Source: Neodothiora populina (lineage: Eukaryota). From it: a stretch of DNA of 64,000 nucleotides. The DNA is taken from positions 1,550,001 to 1,614,000 of the forward strand of contig NW_027191409.1 in NCBI RefSeq assembly GCF_041146345.1, read 5' to 3'. Of the stretch, positions 1 through 10,817 are shown piece by piece. Below the pieces are notes generated by a model that did no database searches, had not been told where the DNA came from, and was given only the letters and a program-made list of their open reading frames with translations. Each line of letters opens with the position of its first letter. Positions within the stretch are counted from its first letter, which is position 1. A program made the position numbers and the translations under genes.

Positions 1-15
1 GGGTTTATTTCGTAC

Positions 16-276
16 CTTCTTTGCTGCCTCGTCGGCAGCCTTCTTCTTGGCCAGGATGTCTTCGATGCTGAGAGGTTGACTCTTGGGTTTGGCCGATGCC
101 CAGCCCTTTTGTTTTATGGGCATCTCCGGTCCTATGCTTTCCACGGGATCTGATGGCGGCGGAGGCGGAGGAGGAGGCGCATTGTCGACGGGCGCTGGTG
201 GTAGCGATGACATGTCTGGCGGCGGCGGCGGCGGTGGAGGTGGTGGTGCCTCTGAGGGAGGAGGCGGAGGATCCAT
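16..276 (-). CDS. PRP28: First exon of probable pre-mRNA splicing DEAD-box helicase Prp28 (gene runs off the left edge)
   Basis: ATG at 276 reads MDPPPPPSEAPPP...KSQPLSIEDILAKKKAADEAAKK, followed by a GTACGA donor at 15. The Pro-rich start plus PLSIEDIL..KK.AD.AA matches fungal Prp28 N-termini as I recall them. The helicase core is not in the window. Confidence 0.65.
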
Positions 277-633
277 GTTTGTGTGTGTGATTGTGTTGAT
301 TTAATCAAAGTCGGCTTCTTCTCGACGATATCGTAAGTGCGCAGATCATGAGATGTTGGATGTAGCGACAAAAGTGTGGCGGCGATGTATTGATTATCAA
401 TCTAGGCAGGTACAGCAATGCTCAAGGTCAGAGAACGGGAAGGTGCTCGCTCTGTCTAGATCGTGGGGTAGTCACACCAGAAAGTCGCTTTTTGGACCTC
501 CGCCATACGCAACCTGCCACCGATTCGTTGCCAACACGAAACCAAACCTCGGAGTAATTAGACTTCTCCTACCTTCAAATCGATCTTGAGTATTGCGACA
601 TCACTATTCAGCAGGTTCCTTTCAGAGATCAAG

Positions 634-1600
634 ATGAGCGCGCTGGGCCTGGCAGACTATGCGAGCAGCAGCGACGAGGAAGACGGCACTCCCACTCAGC
701 CACCACTATCAGCACCAGCGCAGCAGTCGATAAAGGTAAGCGCTGTATCAGAACCAAAGTCAAGGGGCGGATAGCTGCTAATAAATATCCCCGGCCCAGG
801 TTGCAGAGGAGCCAGAGGAACAGAGTGAGAGTGTTAAATCAAATGGTGTTACATGTCGCTGTCTACATTGCTTTCTTTATATGTACATTCTATTGATACA
901 GTGATCCACAGGCAAGCAGCCTGCATTCGACACATCGCCAGAGGCACGACCGGAGCCAGCTGCTCCAACCGTGGGACCAGCCCTGGGACCTGCGGCCGGT
1001 CCGGCAGCAATGCCAGAGCATCTACCAGACGACATGACAGACCTGGCCGAGGACGACGACGAGGATGCGCAACCCCCGACTTCTCCATACACCACCAACC
1101 GACTCCTGCTGCGGAACCTGACAATGCCACCCGTGCCCAACTTCGACATTCCTCCGTCACCGCCAGGCACGCCGCCCGCCGCAACCACAGCCAAATTCAC
1201 GCGCTTTCTCGAACTGAAAAAGAAGGGAGTGCACTTCAACCAACGATTACACCAATCTGCCGCTTTACGCAATCCGGGACTACTCGCCAAGCTCATGGAC
1301 TTTGCTGGCATCAGTGAGCGAGACCAATATGCTTCCGCTCTGCCTGAGGCGCTGGCCGTCCCCGCCGAGTTCCCCGAATGGGCTTATGCGGACGAGCTCG
1401 TCAAAGAACATGAGCGCATCGCTAGGAGAAAGGAAGAAGAGATCTCAAAATCTGTCAGGGAAGCGGTCGATTTTGTGCCTGCAAAGAGGGCGGCAGACAG
1501 CGACAGGCCCGAGGCGAAGAGGAGCCGTTTCGACGACAAGGCGCCGAGGGACGCTGGCAGATACCATGATCGAGACAGGAGGGACCGGGGTCGTCGGTGA
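634..1600 (+). CDS. HCNGP / SAP30-binding-protein-like protein (spliced)
   Basis: Starts MSALGLADYASSSDEED; intron 736-799 (GTAAGC...CAG) and a second intron ending at 911. The last exon has KFTRFLELKKKGVHFNQRLHQSAALRNPGLLAKLMDFAGI...FPEWAY, typical of the HCNGP domain. Confidence 0.8.
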
Positions 1601-1627
1601 TTATTCATCAGGACTTGAAGTTATGCA

Positions 1628-2498
1628 TCAGAGACCAAAGACGTGAGCAATGCGCATCTTGACGCCCTCGAGCGTGTTGAACTTGGGTCGGACGTCGAGA
1701 TAGAAGTTGAGCGCCTTTCCGCTCTTGCCCTCGTTCTTGCCGGCATAGAAGTCTATGACATACTCGACCTGGGTCCCGCAGCGGTCGACAACCCAGTCAT
1801 GGCGGTCGAAAGGCTTGGTGTAGCCGAGCAGAGAGTTCATGCGCGCCCTCGGCGTCAGAGCGCTCGAGTCGCCACGGAAGGAGACGAGTTTGGGACCACC
1901 GCATCTGAGACGGATGTTAGCTTGTCGACAGCTACACGCTGGGAAGACGATGCCCTTACGCTTCGGAGCCACGACCGGCTTCCCACTTCTTGATTTCCAC
2001 CCAGGCGCGCTCGTTGACGGCATTGTGAATAGGCACTATGCTCTTCATGTCCTCGGTATCAGGATCGAAATTCTTGCGCTTCATGGCCTCGAAGAACATT
2101 TGCTCGGAAGGATAGACCCATCGGCCACTCTCCTTGTCTGCTCCGGTGTCTTGCTCGTGGTTTGCGGGAGCGTGCGTACTCGTAGCCGCATCATGTCCAT
2201 AAGTTGTCTGAGCCCGGGGAATGGTGGAGACTTCGCGATCGGTACCGAGACCCTTCATCTTGAACAAGCGGACTGGAGGCTTCTGAGCCGGAGGCGGCGC
2301 ATGGATGGGCACCTCGCGACCGACATCGAGAGACCAGCGAGTAGGGCCCGAGACGGCGACATTGGTAGGCGTAGCGTGCGGAGGCGGCGGCGGCGGCGGT
2401 GTTTTGGCAGCATTGGCTTCCCGGGCCTTGTCCAGCCAAGCCTGCCGGGTCTTGTGGTCGACTGGACATCTCTCGGTCGCTGCGTCTGACGAGGACAT
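1628..2498 (-). CDS. CYT2: Holocytochrome c-type synthase (probably cytochrome c1 heme lyase)
   Basis: CPVDH heme-regulatory motif, [39 protein letters not shown] and YVIDFY. Intron 1905-1959 joins the two ORFs in frame (GSEA|CGG). CYT2 rather than CYC3 is an inference. Confidence 0.88.
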
Positions 2499-2610
2499 GG
2501 TGTGTGAGTAGGTTGTTGCTGGTGTATAGATTATGCGAGGTTTGCAGAGTAATCAACAATCAAATGGATGATGGAATCTTGAGAAAGTTCCGCCGTCGAC
2601 TATTCCGTCC

Positions 2611-2645
2611 GTCGGAGGTCGGAGGTCGGAGGTCGGAGGTCGGAG
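2611..2645. repeat. Tandem repeat (GTCGGAG)x5 in the divergent CYT2/PRE4 intergenic region
   Basis: Five perfect 7-bp units read directly from the sequence. Confidence 0.95.
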
Positions 2646-2971
2646 GTAAGCAAGTCTGGTGCGAGTCACGGCGGCGAGATTGACGACGGAGGCCTGAGTC
2701 GTGGATGTAGCTGCACCTGCTGTCTGTAGTCTGTAGGAAGCTTAACCGCGTCACAAGTGCCTGCCTGTCTTGGGAGACATTCCATACCGTAGACATAGCA
2801 TTACATCGATTATTCCACCCCCACTTCTGTTCATCTTCCATCTCGTCGCCATCTCAAGAGAGACTCTGCCATCAAAGTCATAAGCTTTCTGGTCAATAAA
2901 CAAAAGACAGCTGCATCGTCTACTGCGTCGCCTCTCGAGCTTGATCTACCTTGCACCCATCACATTCCATC

Positions 2972-3868
2972 ATGAACCACTTCCCTCACGCCTGGGGTCG
3001 TGTAAGTGTTTCCTCTTGCCATTCGTCCGACAACGATACTGACCTTCGTCACAGCCCAGAGATGATGTTTACGGCGCCTACGATCACTCGCACTTTGCAA
3101 ACGGCGGTCCCATTCAACACACACAATCCCCCATCGTCACTGGAACCTCGGTAATAGCAGTCAAGTACAGCACTGGCGTGGTCATCGCAGCAGACAACCT
3201 CGGTCAGTCTTTGTACCTTCTGCAATGCGACTATCAAACTAACCCCTGGAACAGCATCATATGGCTCGCTCGCACGCTTCACCGATGTCAAGCGTCTGCA
3301 CAAGTTCAATAACCAGGCCGTCGTCGGTTTCGGAGGCGACGTCTCGGACATGCAATACCTAGACCGTCTGCTGAACACGCTCAGCGTCGAGCAAAACTAC
3401 AGCGACTCGGACGAACGCACCGCCCTCAGCGCAAAGAACCTTCACACCTACATCAGCAAAGTCATGTACAAGCGCCGCTCCGACTTCAATCCCTTGTGGA
3501 ATGCCATCCTCGTCGCCGGAATCGATGACGAGGGAAAGCCCTTTCTCGCATCTGCCGATCTTCTCGGAACAACCTTTTCTGCTCCAACTCTCGCCACCGG
3601 ATTCGGCGCTCACTTGGCTCAACCCATCCTGCGAAGAGCTGTCGCCGACGAAAATGCCGCCGCTGCATTGAGTAAGGAGGATGCCGTCAAGGCCGTCAAG
3701 GAGTGCATGAAGGTTCTGTTCTATCGCGACGCAAGGAGTCTGGACAATTACTCCATCGCTGTCGTGGACAAGGAGACCAAGGTCGACCTGAAGGAGAATG
3801 AGCAATTGGAGAACCAGAGCTGGGCTTTTGCAGAGAGCATCAGGGGGTATGGCACTCAGACGGCATAG
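2972..3868 (+). CDS. PRE4: 20S proteasome beta-7 subunit
   Basis: Spliced product [17 protein letters not shown]...[18 protein letters not shown]...[21 protein letters not shown]...[13 protein letters not shown]...[15 protein letters not shown]...LFYRDARS...GYGTQTA, with two short introns. Confidence 0.95.
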
Positions 3869-4370
3869 ACTCTGTTTTAATGCATCCATCGTTTGGCCTA
3901 AAAGAAACCAGCTAAAGGAAAGCTATGCTGCCATCATCGTCTCCACCATCAAAAGGGTGTCACGAAAGAAGGACACCTTGTGGACTCGAGAGATGTACTA
4001 TTATATATACCTTTATCCGAGAAATCGAGAAGTGGCAGATGACAAACGACTGAACTTCTCACTTGAAAAGAAAATGGCATGAGCAAGGTACAGACGCGCA
4101 AAGACCAAGTCCGAAGGTTGCAATCTCAAAAGTGGCAGGTACAGAACCCCCCCCCCCACAACCTCGAATACTTCAAACAACTACGCAGAACATTTATTCC
4201 CTTTTTGCCTCTACGCACAGTTTCCGAGGAGCTGAACATTATGATATCATCAGTAAATCACACCTTTGGATTTCTTCTGGGTTTTTGTATCTTATTTGCC
4301 TAGTATAGTAGGTCATGTATCAAATGTCTGATTCACTGCTTGTTGCATTATTGATCTCCTATGGAACTAT

Positions 4371-7300
4371 CTATCTCATTCGCGGCCTTAGGCCTGCTCG
4401 GCGGGGCGTCATCTCGACTGCCGCTTTGGGCTTGTCTTGCATCTCTTTCCGTGCTCCTCCTGATGATGCTACTCTCCCTGGGCCTGATGCTTCCCCTGAT
4501 GCTGCTGATATCGGATCGCTCGAGGCTTCTGCACTAGCTGTTCCAGCATCAACAGCAGCAGCAGCAGCAACACCAGGGCCATCCGCCAACTCATCGCCTC
4601 TAGTCCTTCCCGTCGCAGTGCGTATCCCACTAGCCGATGACGGAGACAACGACGCCATGTCCTCTGCTGCTGCTGCTGCTGCTGCTGCTCCTGGCGGCAG
4701 CATCTTCCTCCGCACCAACGGCGACGACGACGACGACGACTCGATAGCCTTCTGAGATTGCGAAGCCTTGTACTCTGCGATATACTGTGCTTTGAGCTTT
4801 CGGATCGATCGAGGACTGAGGGCTGGAGAGGATGCGTTATTTCCGTTTTTCTCTCTGCTGTGCTGTGGTGTTGAACCTGTACGCGCGAGCTTGGCGACGG
4901 GATGTTCAGACTCTGCGTCTGGATCTGCGTCTTGGAGTTTGCGTTTCTTGTAACTGCGAGATGCAGGAGCGGGCATAGTTGATGTCGGGAGCGAGGACTC
5001 GGGGGCTTTTGTTGTTCTTTGCGGTCTTGGAGTCGAAGTAGGTTCTTGTTTTATGTCTTGTACTGTAGAAGCTTGTGTTGCTGCGGCTGGCTTCTTCGTA
5101 GCAGACGCTGCCGCTCCAGTAATAGCAGCAGCAGCTCTGCTTCGAGTCAATCTTGCGACGGCTGGAACTTCTTCAGTCGTGCTGTCTTGGACGCTTTGCT
5201 GGGGCTGCTCGATGGTGTCCACCACAACCTCCTGGGAGACGCCTGGACGAAGTGCCTCAGGACCGCTCTGTTGCTCAGACATCTTCTCCGGCGCCTCGAC
5301 ACCATGAGGGTCGACGACCACGGGCTCGGTCCACTCGGCGATACCCTGAGAGGCTGCTCTCATCTTCTGTACGGACGCAGGCACCTTTTCGCCAGTCAAT
5401 GGGTCCCAGTCCCAGCCTTCTCGGAGCCACATCCATCGCAGACAGGCTCGCAGTTCTTTGTCTTTTGGTACTACACGCTTCCATTCGGGCTCAAAAGTAC
5501 ACTGAGATTTGGAGCCGACGATATTATATCCTTCTACGCCTTCTCCATTATACCCTTCTGCGACACCACGCAATACGTCTCGGCAGAAGATGCGCCAGCT
5601 GTCCCAAGCATAGGGCCCAGCGCCGTACAAATGTCCGATTTCGAGGAAGCCATCAATCTCGTCCGAGTCTTCTTCCACGATCTGTTTGGGACTGGTCTTC
5701 TTGCCGTCTTTAATTCGCTTGCCGTCCTCAGGCTGAGGGTAATGAAGCGTGCGATGACGCCTTGCTTTTCGCGGTGGATCGTCGACGAATATCTCGGCCA
5801 GCTTGATTAGTTTCTTGGTTCGCTCATTCTGCAGACCGAGTTTCTCGATCATGCCAAGAAGTTCCTTGGGATCGGCTTGCGACAGCGCTTCAGGGGTCGG
5901 CCATTTCTCGAGCACCTGCATTATGGTATCTCTCGCGACGCGACCGTTGGTCTTGTTCAGGAACAGCACGGCGCAAAGCATCTGAAAGGGATTCCCGCAT
6001 AATCTCTCTTGAATAATACCGAAGCGAGGAGCCGATAGCTTTGGAAAGGGTACCGAGGAGACACCTGCGACTCGCTTGGCTTTCTTTTTCTCGGGGCTAG
6101 CGGGAAAGTGCCGTGGAGTCGTCCCCGTGGCCTTGCGTTTCTGGACTGATGATGCAGCTGGGAGTTCATCTTCTTCCTCAGACTCCCCAATGCTTTCGTG
6201 TACATCCCATTCCACAGACGAGGGAGAGTCTGGAGCATGATCAGATGCATCAGAGCCCTGAGACGTTGCGTCATCATTATTTCCGGGATCCATGTCACCA
6301 TCTTCACTGCCGCTGTCTTTCTTCTCGTCCTCGTCACCGTCATTTGCATCTGCCACTTCACTCGGTTCTGCTCCATCGTCTCTTGCTGACACTGGAGTAA
6401 GAGATTCATCAGATGCATCTGACTCCCCAGAATATTCATCATCAATTGGGCTTCCTTCATCGACCAGCTTAGGAGCTTCTGGTATGCTACGAGCAACAGA
6501 TGTTTCCAAGGGAGTGTCATGGTTATCAGACGGAATTGGCTGCACAACAGTTTCACTAGGCCACAAAGGACCCGCTCGGGCCTCACCGAGCAGTTGTGAA
6601 CTCGCCATGATCTGGTCGTCTTCTGTATTATGTTCCGAAGGCTGGCCAATATTGCTGTAGGAATCGTGGGATCTCCTACGAGTATTTCGATGCTCGTTGG
6701 ACTTGATCGATTGAATTTCTGTTTCGGACATGACCTCGTCGTCGTCTGTGGAGACATCACTGCCAATCTGATCTACAGGGCCGGATCGAGGATTTGCTCC
6801 CACTTCATCCGAAGAATCATCCACTGGATCCAGTTGCATTTGTTGTTCAATGTCCGACGATGGTGCGCCCTTGAAAGGTGGTGAGGACGAGTACTCGAGA
6901 ATTTCTGATGGACGAACGATACCTTCGGCTGACGCTTGATCTGGATTGGGGTCCTTGAATGGACTCAAAAGGTCGATCTCCATTTCGCTGCTAGGATGAC
7001 GAGAGTCTGCGCTAATGTTGTTGGCGCTAGATGCATGGGAACTTGTGTAGCCTCCATCAAGTATCTGAGGCACATAGCCACCCTGATCCATCAACTTCGG
7101 TAGATCGGGGATTTCAGGGCTGGGGCTGGGCTCTTGAGATGGTTGGACGGCCTCTTTATGGAAAGCTTCGAAGGACCGTGTTCGCTTGAGCGCCGTGCTT
7201 GGAGTGCTATCCGGTCTCTCTTCTCCAGGACTACCAGCCTCAATGTGCTCGCTCTTGCTACTGTCCTGCTTAGATGTGGGAACTACCGACTCCTCCAATC

Positions 7301-9341
7301 GATCGGATGCATTGTTCGGTCCGGCATTGTCGACATTCTCACTTGGTCGTGGCTCCTTTTGGCTGATTTGTTTCAACGAAGGCGTGGACCGTACCGGAGC
7401 GACATGGCCATCGTCAGAGCTACTGTCACTATCTTCATCCTCAGACTCACTCTCATCACTGCTATTGCCATTATTGAGAAACTTGTTGAGGTTCTTCAGT
7501 GCATCTCTAGGGTCATGGTTACTTGTGACTGTCGGTATACTGGTCGTTTTCACAGGAGTACGGTGAAGAGAGGCGAGGCTTGATACACCGTGTGAGATAC
7601 TGCCGAAGCCTAGACTTGTGCGACCAGATAGGTTCCTCGTTACCGTCAGGGATGCAAACCTTGAGATGCTGAATGGCGATGACTGGATGGGTTTGTGGTT
7701 AACGAGCCCGCTGAAACCAAAGTTACGATCAGAATGTTCAGGCTTTTGAATCGCTGAAGTAAAGTTCGCACTTTCGGCTTTGCACACGGAGTCTGGGATT
7801 GGGGGCCCACCAGAATCGACTGAGTCCTCACATGTACTTTCAGCATCGCTCTCGGAGTATCTTTCCGGTGCTCTATTGCTGGGAGACTTTGCAAGAGCTG
7901 GCGAGCTTCCATTCTGTAGTCCAGCTTCGGAGGCCTCATCCGATACACTGGACTCTGAGTCCTTGCGACCACGTAGAGATGAGTGCAACGGTGGAGACAA
8001 AGGCTTCACTTGCAGCGGTAGGCGCACCCAAACCTTAGGTTCGAGCTTAGGCAGTGATGTGCGAGTCGGGGGAAGAGGCGTTGCCTTCTCGGTCTGGCTT
8101 GCTTGCGGAGGGGTACTGGCGGGATTATCAGGTTCGTTGCGAAGTTCTGTGTTTGGTGGGATATATGCAGGTGTAGACAGTACCTGATGCGATTCCTCGG
8201 GTTCAGGTTTCTGACCTTCGCCGTTAGACAGCAGTGCTTGAGATTGGGGTTGCTGCTTTGCCTTTTGCTTTTTCTTCACATGACGTTTCCTTGCTTTCCT
8301 TACAGCAGATGCGGGGACAACCTCCGATGACTTTACTGCTTGCTTCTCCTCGATATCAGCGGGAGTAGACGGGCTAGGGGACTCAGAAAGAGGGTTGGAA
8401 ACGGGTTCATGTTCCGATTCTGATACACCATTTGGCTGCTTCTTCGCTACTGGGGTAGTAGGATCAGCGGTCTGTGGTGTCTCGGCCGTGACGGTCTCCT
8501 CGGTATGCCCATTGACTTTGTCTACGAGAGCCGTATCGCGTGCTACGAGCGATTCTCGAGCGAGACGAGCCTCCCGGCGACGTTGTGACTTTCGTTGCCT
8601 CTTGGTCAATCGTGCTGGTGTGGTGTCTTTCGATTGGTCTCCCTCAGCCACGGAAATCGCATCGTGCTTTCGCTTCTTATTCGGGATGTCGGCCAACTGG
8701 TGATCCTCGCCCGATTTTGATGTCTTCTGAGGACTCTCGCTGGTCTGTCCTTCATTCGAGTCTTTGCCTCCTGCCTGTTGTAACTTCTTCTGGGCCGCTT
8801 GGAAAGCTTTTTGACGACGCTCCTTCCTACTCAAAGATTTATTCGCTTCAGGCTGAGCAGATTGTGAAGCCTCATCCTTTTTGCTCTGCTCTGGTGATCC
8901 AGCCGAGATCTTCTGTTCTGCTGATTTGGGATCCGCATCTTTAAGTGTAGATGTCGAGGACAAGTTCAATGTCTTTATTGCTTTCTGAACATGCGTGAAT
9001 TCCAATCCCTGACTCTTCCCAAGATCCAATGCGTCGAAGAACTGAAGTGCGATATCCTTGGCTATCCTCTCTCCGGCAAGTCTCTTTCCCTTCTCTTGCA
9101 GTTTGGCCTGCACTCGGACAGCCTTCCTCGCCAACGTCGCGCACTCGTCTGGCAGATGCCCTCTCAGCAGATCGAGGTATTCTTCTCGCGACGAGGTCTT
9201 CAGGTACTCCTTGAATTCAGCACGAGGCAGCACGTCGCCGTCCATGCCCCACAGGTAGTCACTTGCGATTGCATGATTGCTGTCCAGCAGGACAATGGCT
9301 TGTGCAGCCTGTTCTGCCGAGATGTGGTTGGCGTTTGACAT
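4371..9341 (-). CDS. Large (~1650 aa) mostly low-complexity protein with an MBD4-like HhH-GPD DNA glycosylase domain
   Basis: Single long ORF; first ATG at 9341 (9410 is a TTG). Domain at about 5390-6025: FGIIQERL..NPFQMLCAVLFLNKT, WPTPEAL, LGLQNER, HhH EIGHLYGAGPYAWDSWRIFC, and WKRVVPKDKEL with Asp at the position of the MBD4 catalytic Asp. Confidence 0.85.
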   Translation of the reverse strand: MSNANHISAEQAAQAIVLLDSNHAIASDYLWGMDGDVLPRAEFKEYLKTSSREEYLDLLRGHLPDECATLARKAVRVQAKLQEKGKRLAGERIAKDIALQFFDALDLGKSQGLEFTHVQKAIKTLNLSSTSTLKDADPKSAEQKISAGSPEQSKKDEASQSAQPEANKSLSRKERRQKAFQAAQKKLQQAGGKDSNEGQTSESPQKTSKSGEDHQLADIPNKKRKHDAISVAEGDQSKDTTPARLTKRQRKSQRRREARLARESLVARDTALVDKVNGHTEETVTAETPQTADPTTPVAKKQPNGVSESEHEPVSNPLSESPSPSTPADIEEKQAVKSSEVVPASAVRKARKRHVKKKQKAKQQPQSQALLSNGEGQKPEPEESHQVLSTPAYIPPNTELRNEPDNPASTPPQASQTEKATPLPPTRTSLPKLEPKVWVRLPLQVKPLSPPLHSSLRGRKDSESSVSDEASEAGLQNGSSPALAKSPSNRAPERYSESDAESTCEDSVDSGGPPIPDSVCKAESANFTSAIQKPEHSDRNFGFSGLVNHKPIQSSPFSISRFASLTVTRNLSGRTSLGFGSISHGVSSLASLHRTPVKTTSIPTVTSNHDPRDALKNLNKFLNNGNSSDESESEDEDSDSSSDDGHVAPVRSTPSLKQISQKEPRPSENVDNAGPNNASDRLEESVVPTSKQDSSKSEHIEAGSPGEERPDSTPSTALKRTRSFEAFHKEAVQPSQEPSPSPEIPDLPKLMDQGGYVPQILDGGYTSSHASSANNISADSRHPSSEMEIDLLSPFKDPNPDQASAEGIVRPSEILEYSSSPPFKGAPSSDIEQQMQLDPVDDSSDEVGANPRSGPVDQIGSDVSTDDDEVMSETEIQSIKSNEHRNTRRRSHDSYSNIGQPSEHNTEDDQIMASSQLLGEARAGPLWPSETVVQPIPSDNHDTPLETSVARSIPEAPKLVDEGSPIDDEYSGESDASDESLTPVSARDDGAEPSEVADANDGDEDEKKDSGSEDGDMDPGNNDDATSQGSDASDHAPDSPSSVEWDVHESIGESEEEDELPAASSVQKRKATGTTPRHFPASPEKKKAKRVAGVSSVPFPKLSAPRFGIIQERLCGNPFQMLCAVLFLNKTNGRVARDTIMQVLEKWPTPEALSQADPKELLGMIEKLGLQNERTKKLIKLAEIFVDDPPRKARRHRTLHYPQPEDGKRIKDGKKTSPKQIVEEDSDEIDGFLEIGHLYGAGPYAWDSWRIFCRDVLRGVAEGYNGEGVEGYNIVGSKSQCTFEPEWKRVVPKDKELRACLRWMWLREGWDWDPLTGEKVPASVQKMRAASQGIAEWTEPVVVDPHGVEAPEKMSEQQSGPEALRPGVSQEVVVDTIEQPQQSVQDSTTEEVPAVARLTRSRAAAAITGAAASATKKPAAATQASTVQDIKQEPTSTPRPQRTTKAPESSLPTSTMPAPASRSYKKRKLQDADPDAESEHPVAKLARTGSTPQHSREKNGNNASSPALSPRSIRKLKAQYIAEYKASQSQKAIESSSSSSPLVRRKMLPPGAAAAAAAAEDMASLSPSSASGIRTATGRTRGDELADGPGVAAAAAVDAGTASAEASSDPISAASGEASGPGRVASSGGARKEMQDKPKAAVEMTPRRAGLRPRMR

Positions 9342-10817
9342 TTTTGTTTTGTCGGAGACACACAATGATGCGGAAAAGGAAGCGGGTCTCTTCGCTAGTG
9401 TGTGATGCAAGGAAAAGAAAGGCTACACTAAGTGTCGGGATCTTATATACTGTTCCTCAACATATGCTCGCCGAGCCAGACGAAGAAGGCAAAAACACCA
9501 GAACAAGATGACGGCCAATGTTCGAGCAGAGGAACTCTTAAGAAAAAGTACAATCGCACGGTATTCGCGTCTGTACCGAGACCTGCTAACAGTCAACCGG
9601 GGAATCGGTATTGTGCAGATTGCGAGACAAATGGCACTGCACGATTCCTGGTTAATCTTATATTGGAAAAAAGTTATCGAGCAGTCGCAAGATCCAAGGT
9701 AATAAATATATTTGTCTTGGCTCGGCTTTTAGACCGGAGTTAGCGTGACGACTGCACAGCTATAATAAACATGTTCATCCAGCACTCCGCAGCCAGTTAA
9801 TAGTCCGATCATCGTTGGAGTGATTGTGTGCTGATACCATACTTAATGGCCGAGTCCGCTAGTTTTCATAGCAAGCTCCCAGATGCTTTGACGCCACAGC
9901 TGCTATCACGTCGAGCTCCCGAGCTAGCAGGAACACGTAAATCATGTTCTATTGTGTCAGTATTGCTGTTTTCAACATCATGTTTCTCAATTAGTGTCAG
10001 GTTACATCGAAGGTCCAGATGAGACAAGGAAAGACTGTAAGAATACATTAAAGATGAAAACGAAACAAAAATCTAGTAACCACCAACTCCATTGACGCCC
10101 CAGTCCTGTAAGTACATTGCCATATATCAAAATGGAGAAAGAGCGCCACACTCCCAAAGCGAAGGATTCGAGAGAAAATGGAGTACATCATCCCACATAG
10201 GTATCTTTTTGTGAGCAAAGCTGTTGCAGGAGAAAAAAAGACCAACTCCCAGAAGCCAATGGATGCAGGAAAAGAGGAACAGTATTGGAAATAGTCTCAC
10301 TTCCCTTTTGCACTTGCCCTCTGCTTTTGCGTCTGCATCCATTATCCTACCTTGTACAGTATCGCCCTGCCCTGTTCATCTCAGTGTATTGCGGAATTAA
10401 TTATTCTTTGCTCATGCTGCCGTTCTCTTGTCGTGCCGAAAGTGGGTCGTTCCGCCTTTGCCGTGTAAAGTGTCCTTCTGTTCCATCGTCCTGCCCGTTC
10501 GTGCTCATTTACAGTTTGTTCTCCGCCTTGTGTAACTATTGTCGTTGCGGAACATTCTCTTGCTCAACCTTGTTGTGGTCCTTGTCAATCGTTGCTGACT
10601 GTTTCATCGTACAATCGCATGTCATTATTGTTCTTGGAGACGTCGTCCGCGTGAATGTGTGATCAGAATCGTAGCCTCGCGAACTGATCTCGTGCCCAGG
10701 AGTGCGTTGGCGAGTCCCAGTGATCACTCACTCGTAAGAGTGATGTCCAAAGAAAGAGGTAGATAGGAAATTTAAAGAGATAGAAGGAGAGGCTGTCGCT
10801 CTTCCCTATCCGGTGGT

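Noticed and set aside
2840..2875. Rpn4/PACE element upstream of PRE4
   Set aside because: Only GATGGC-like partial matches, not GGTGGCAAA.
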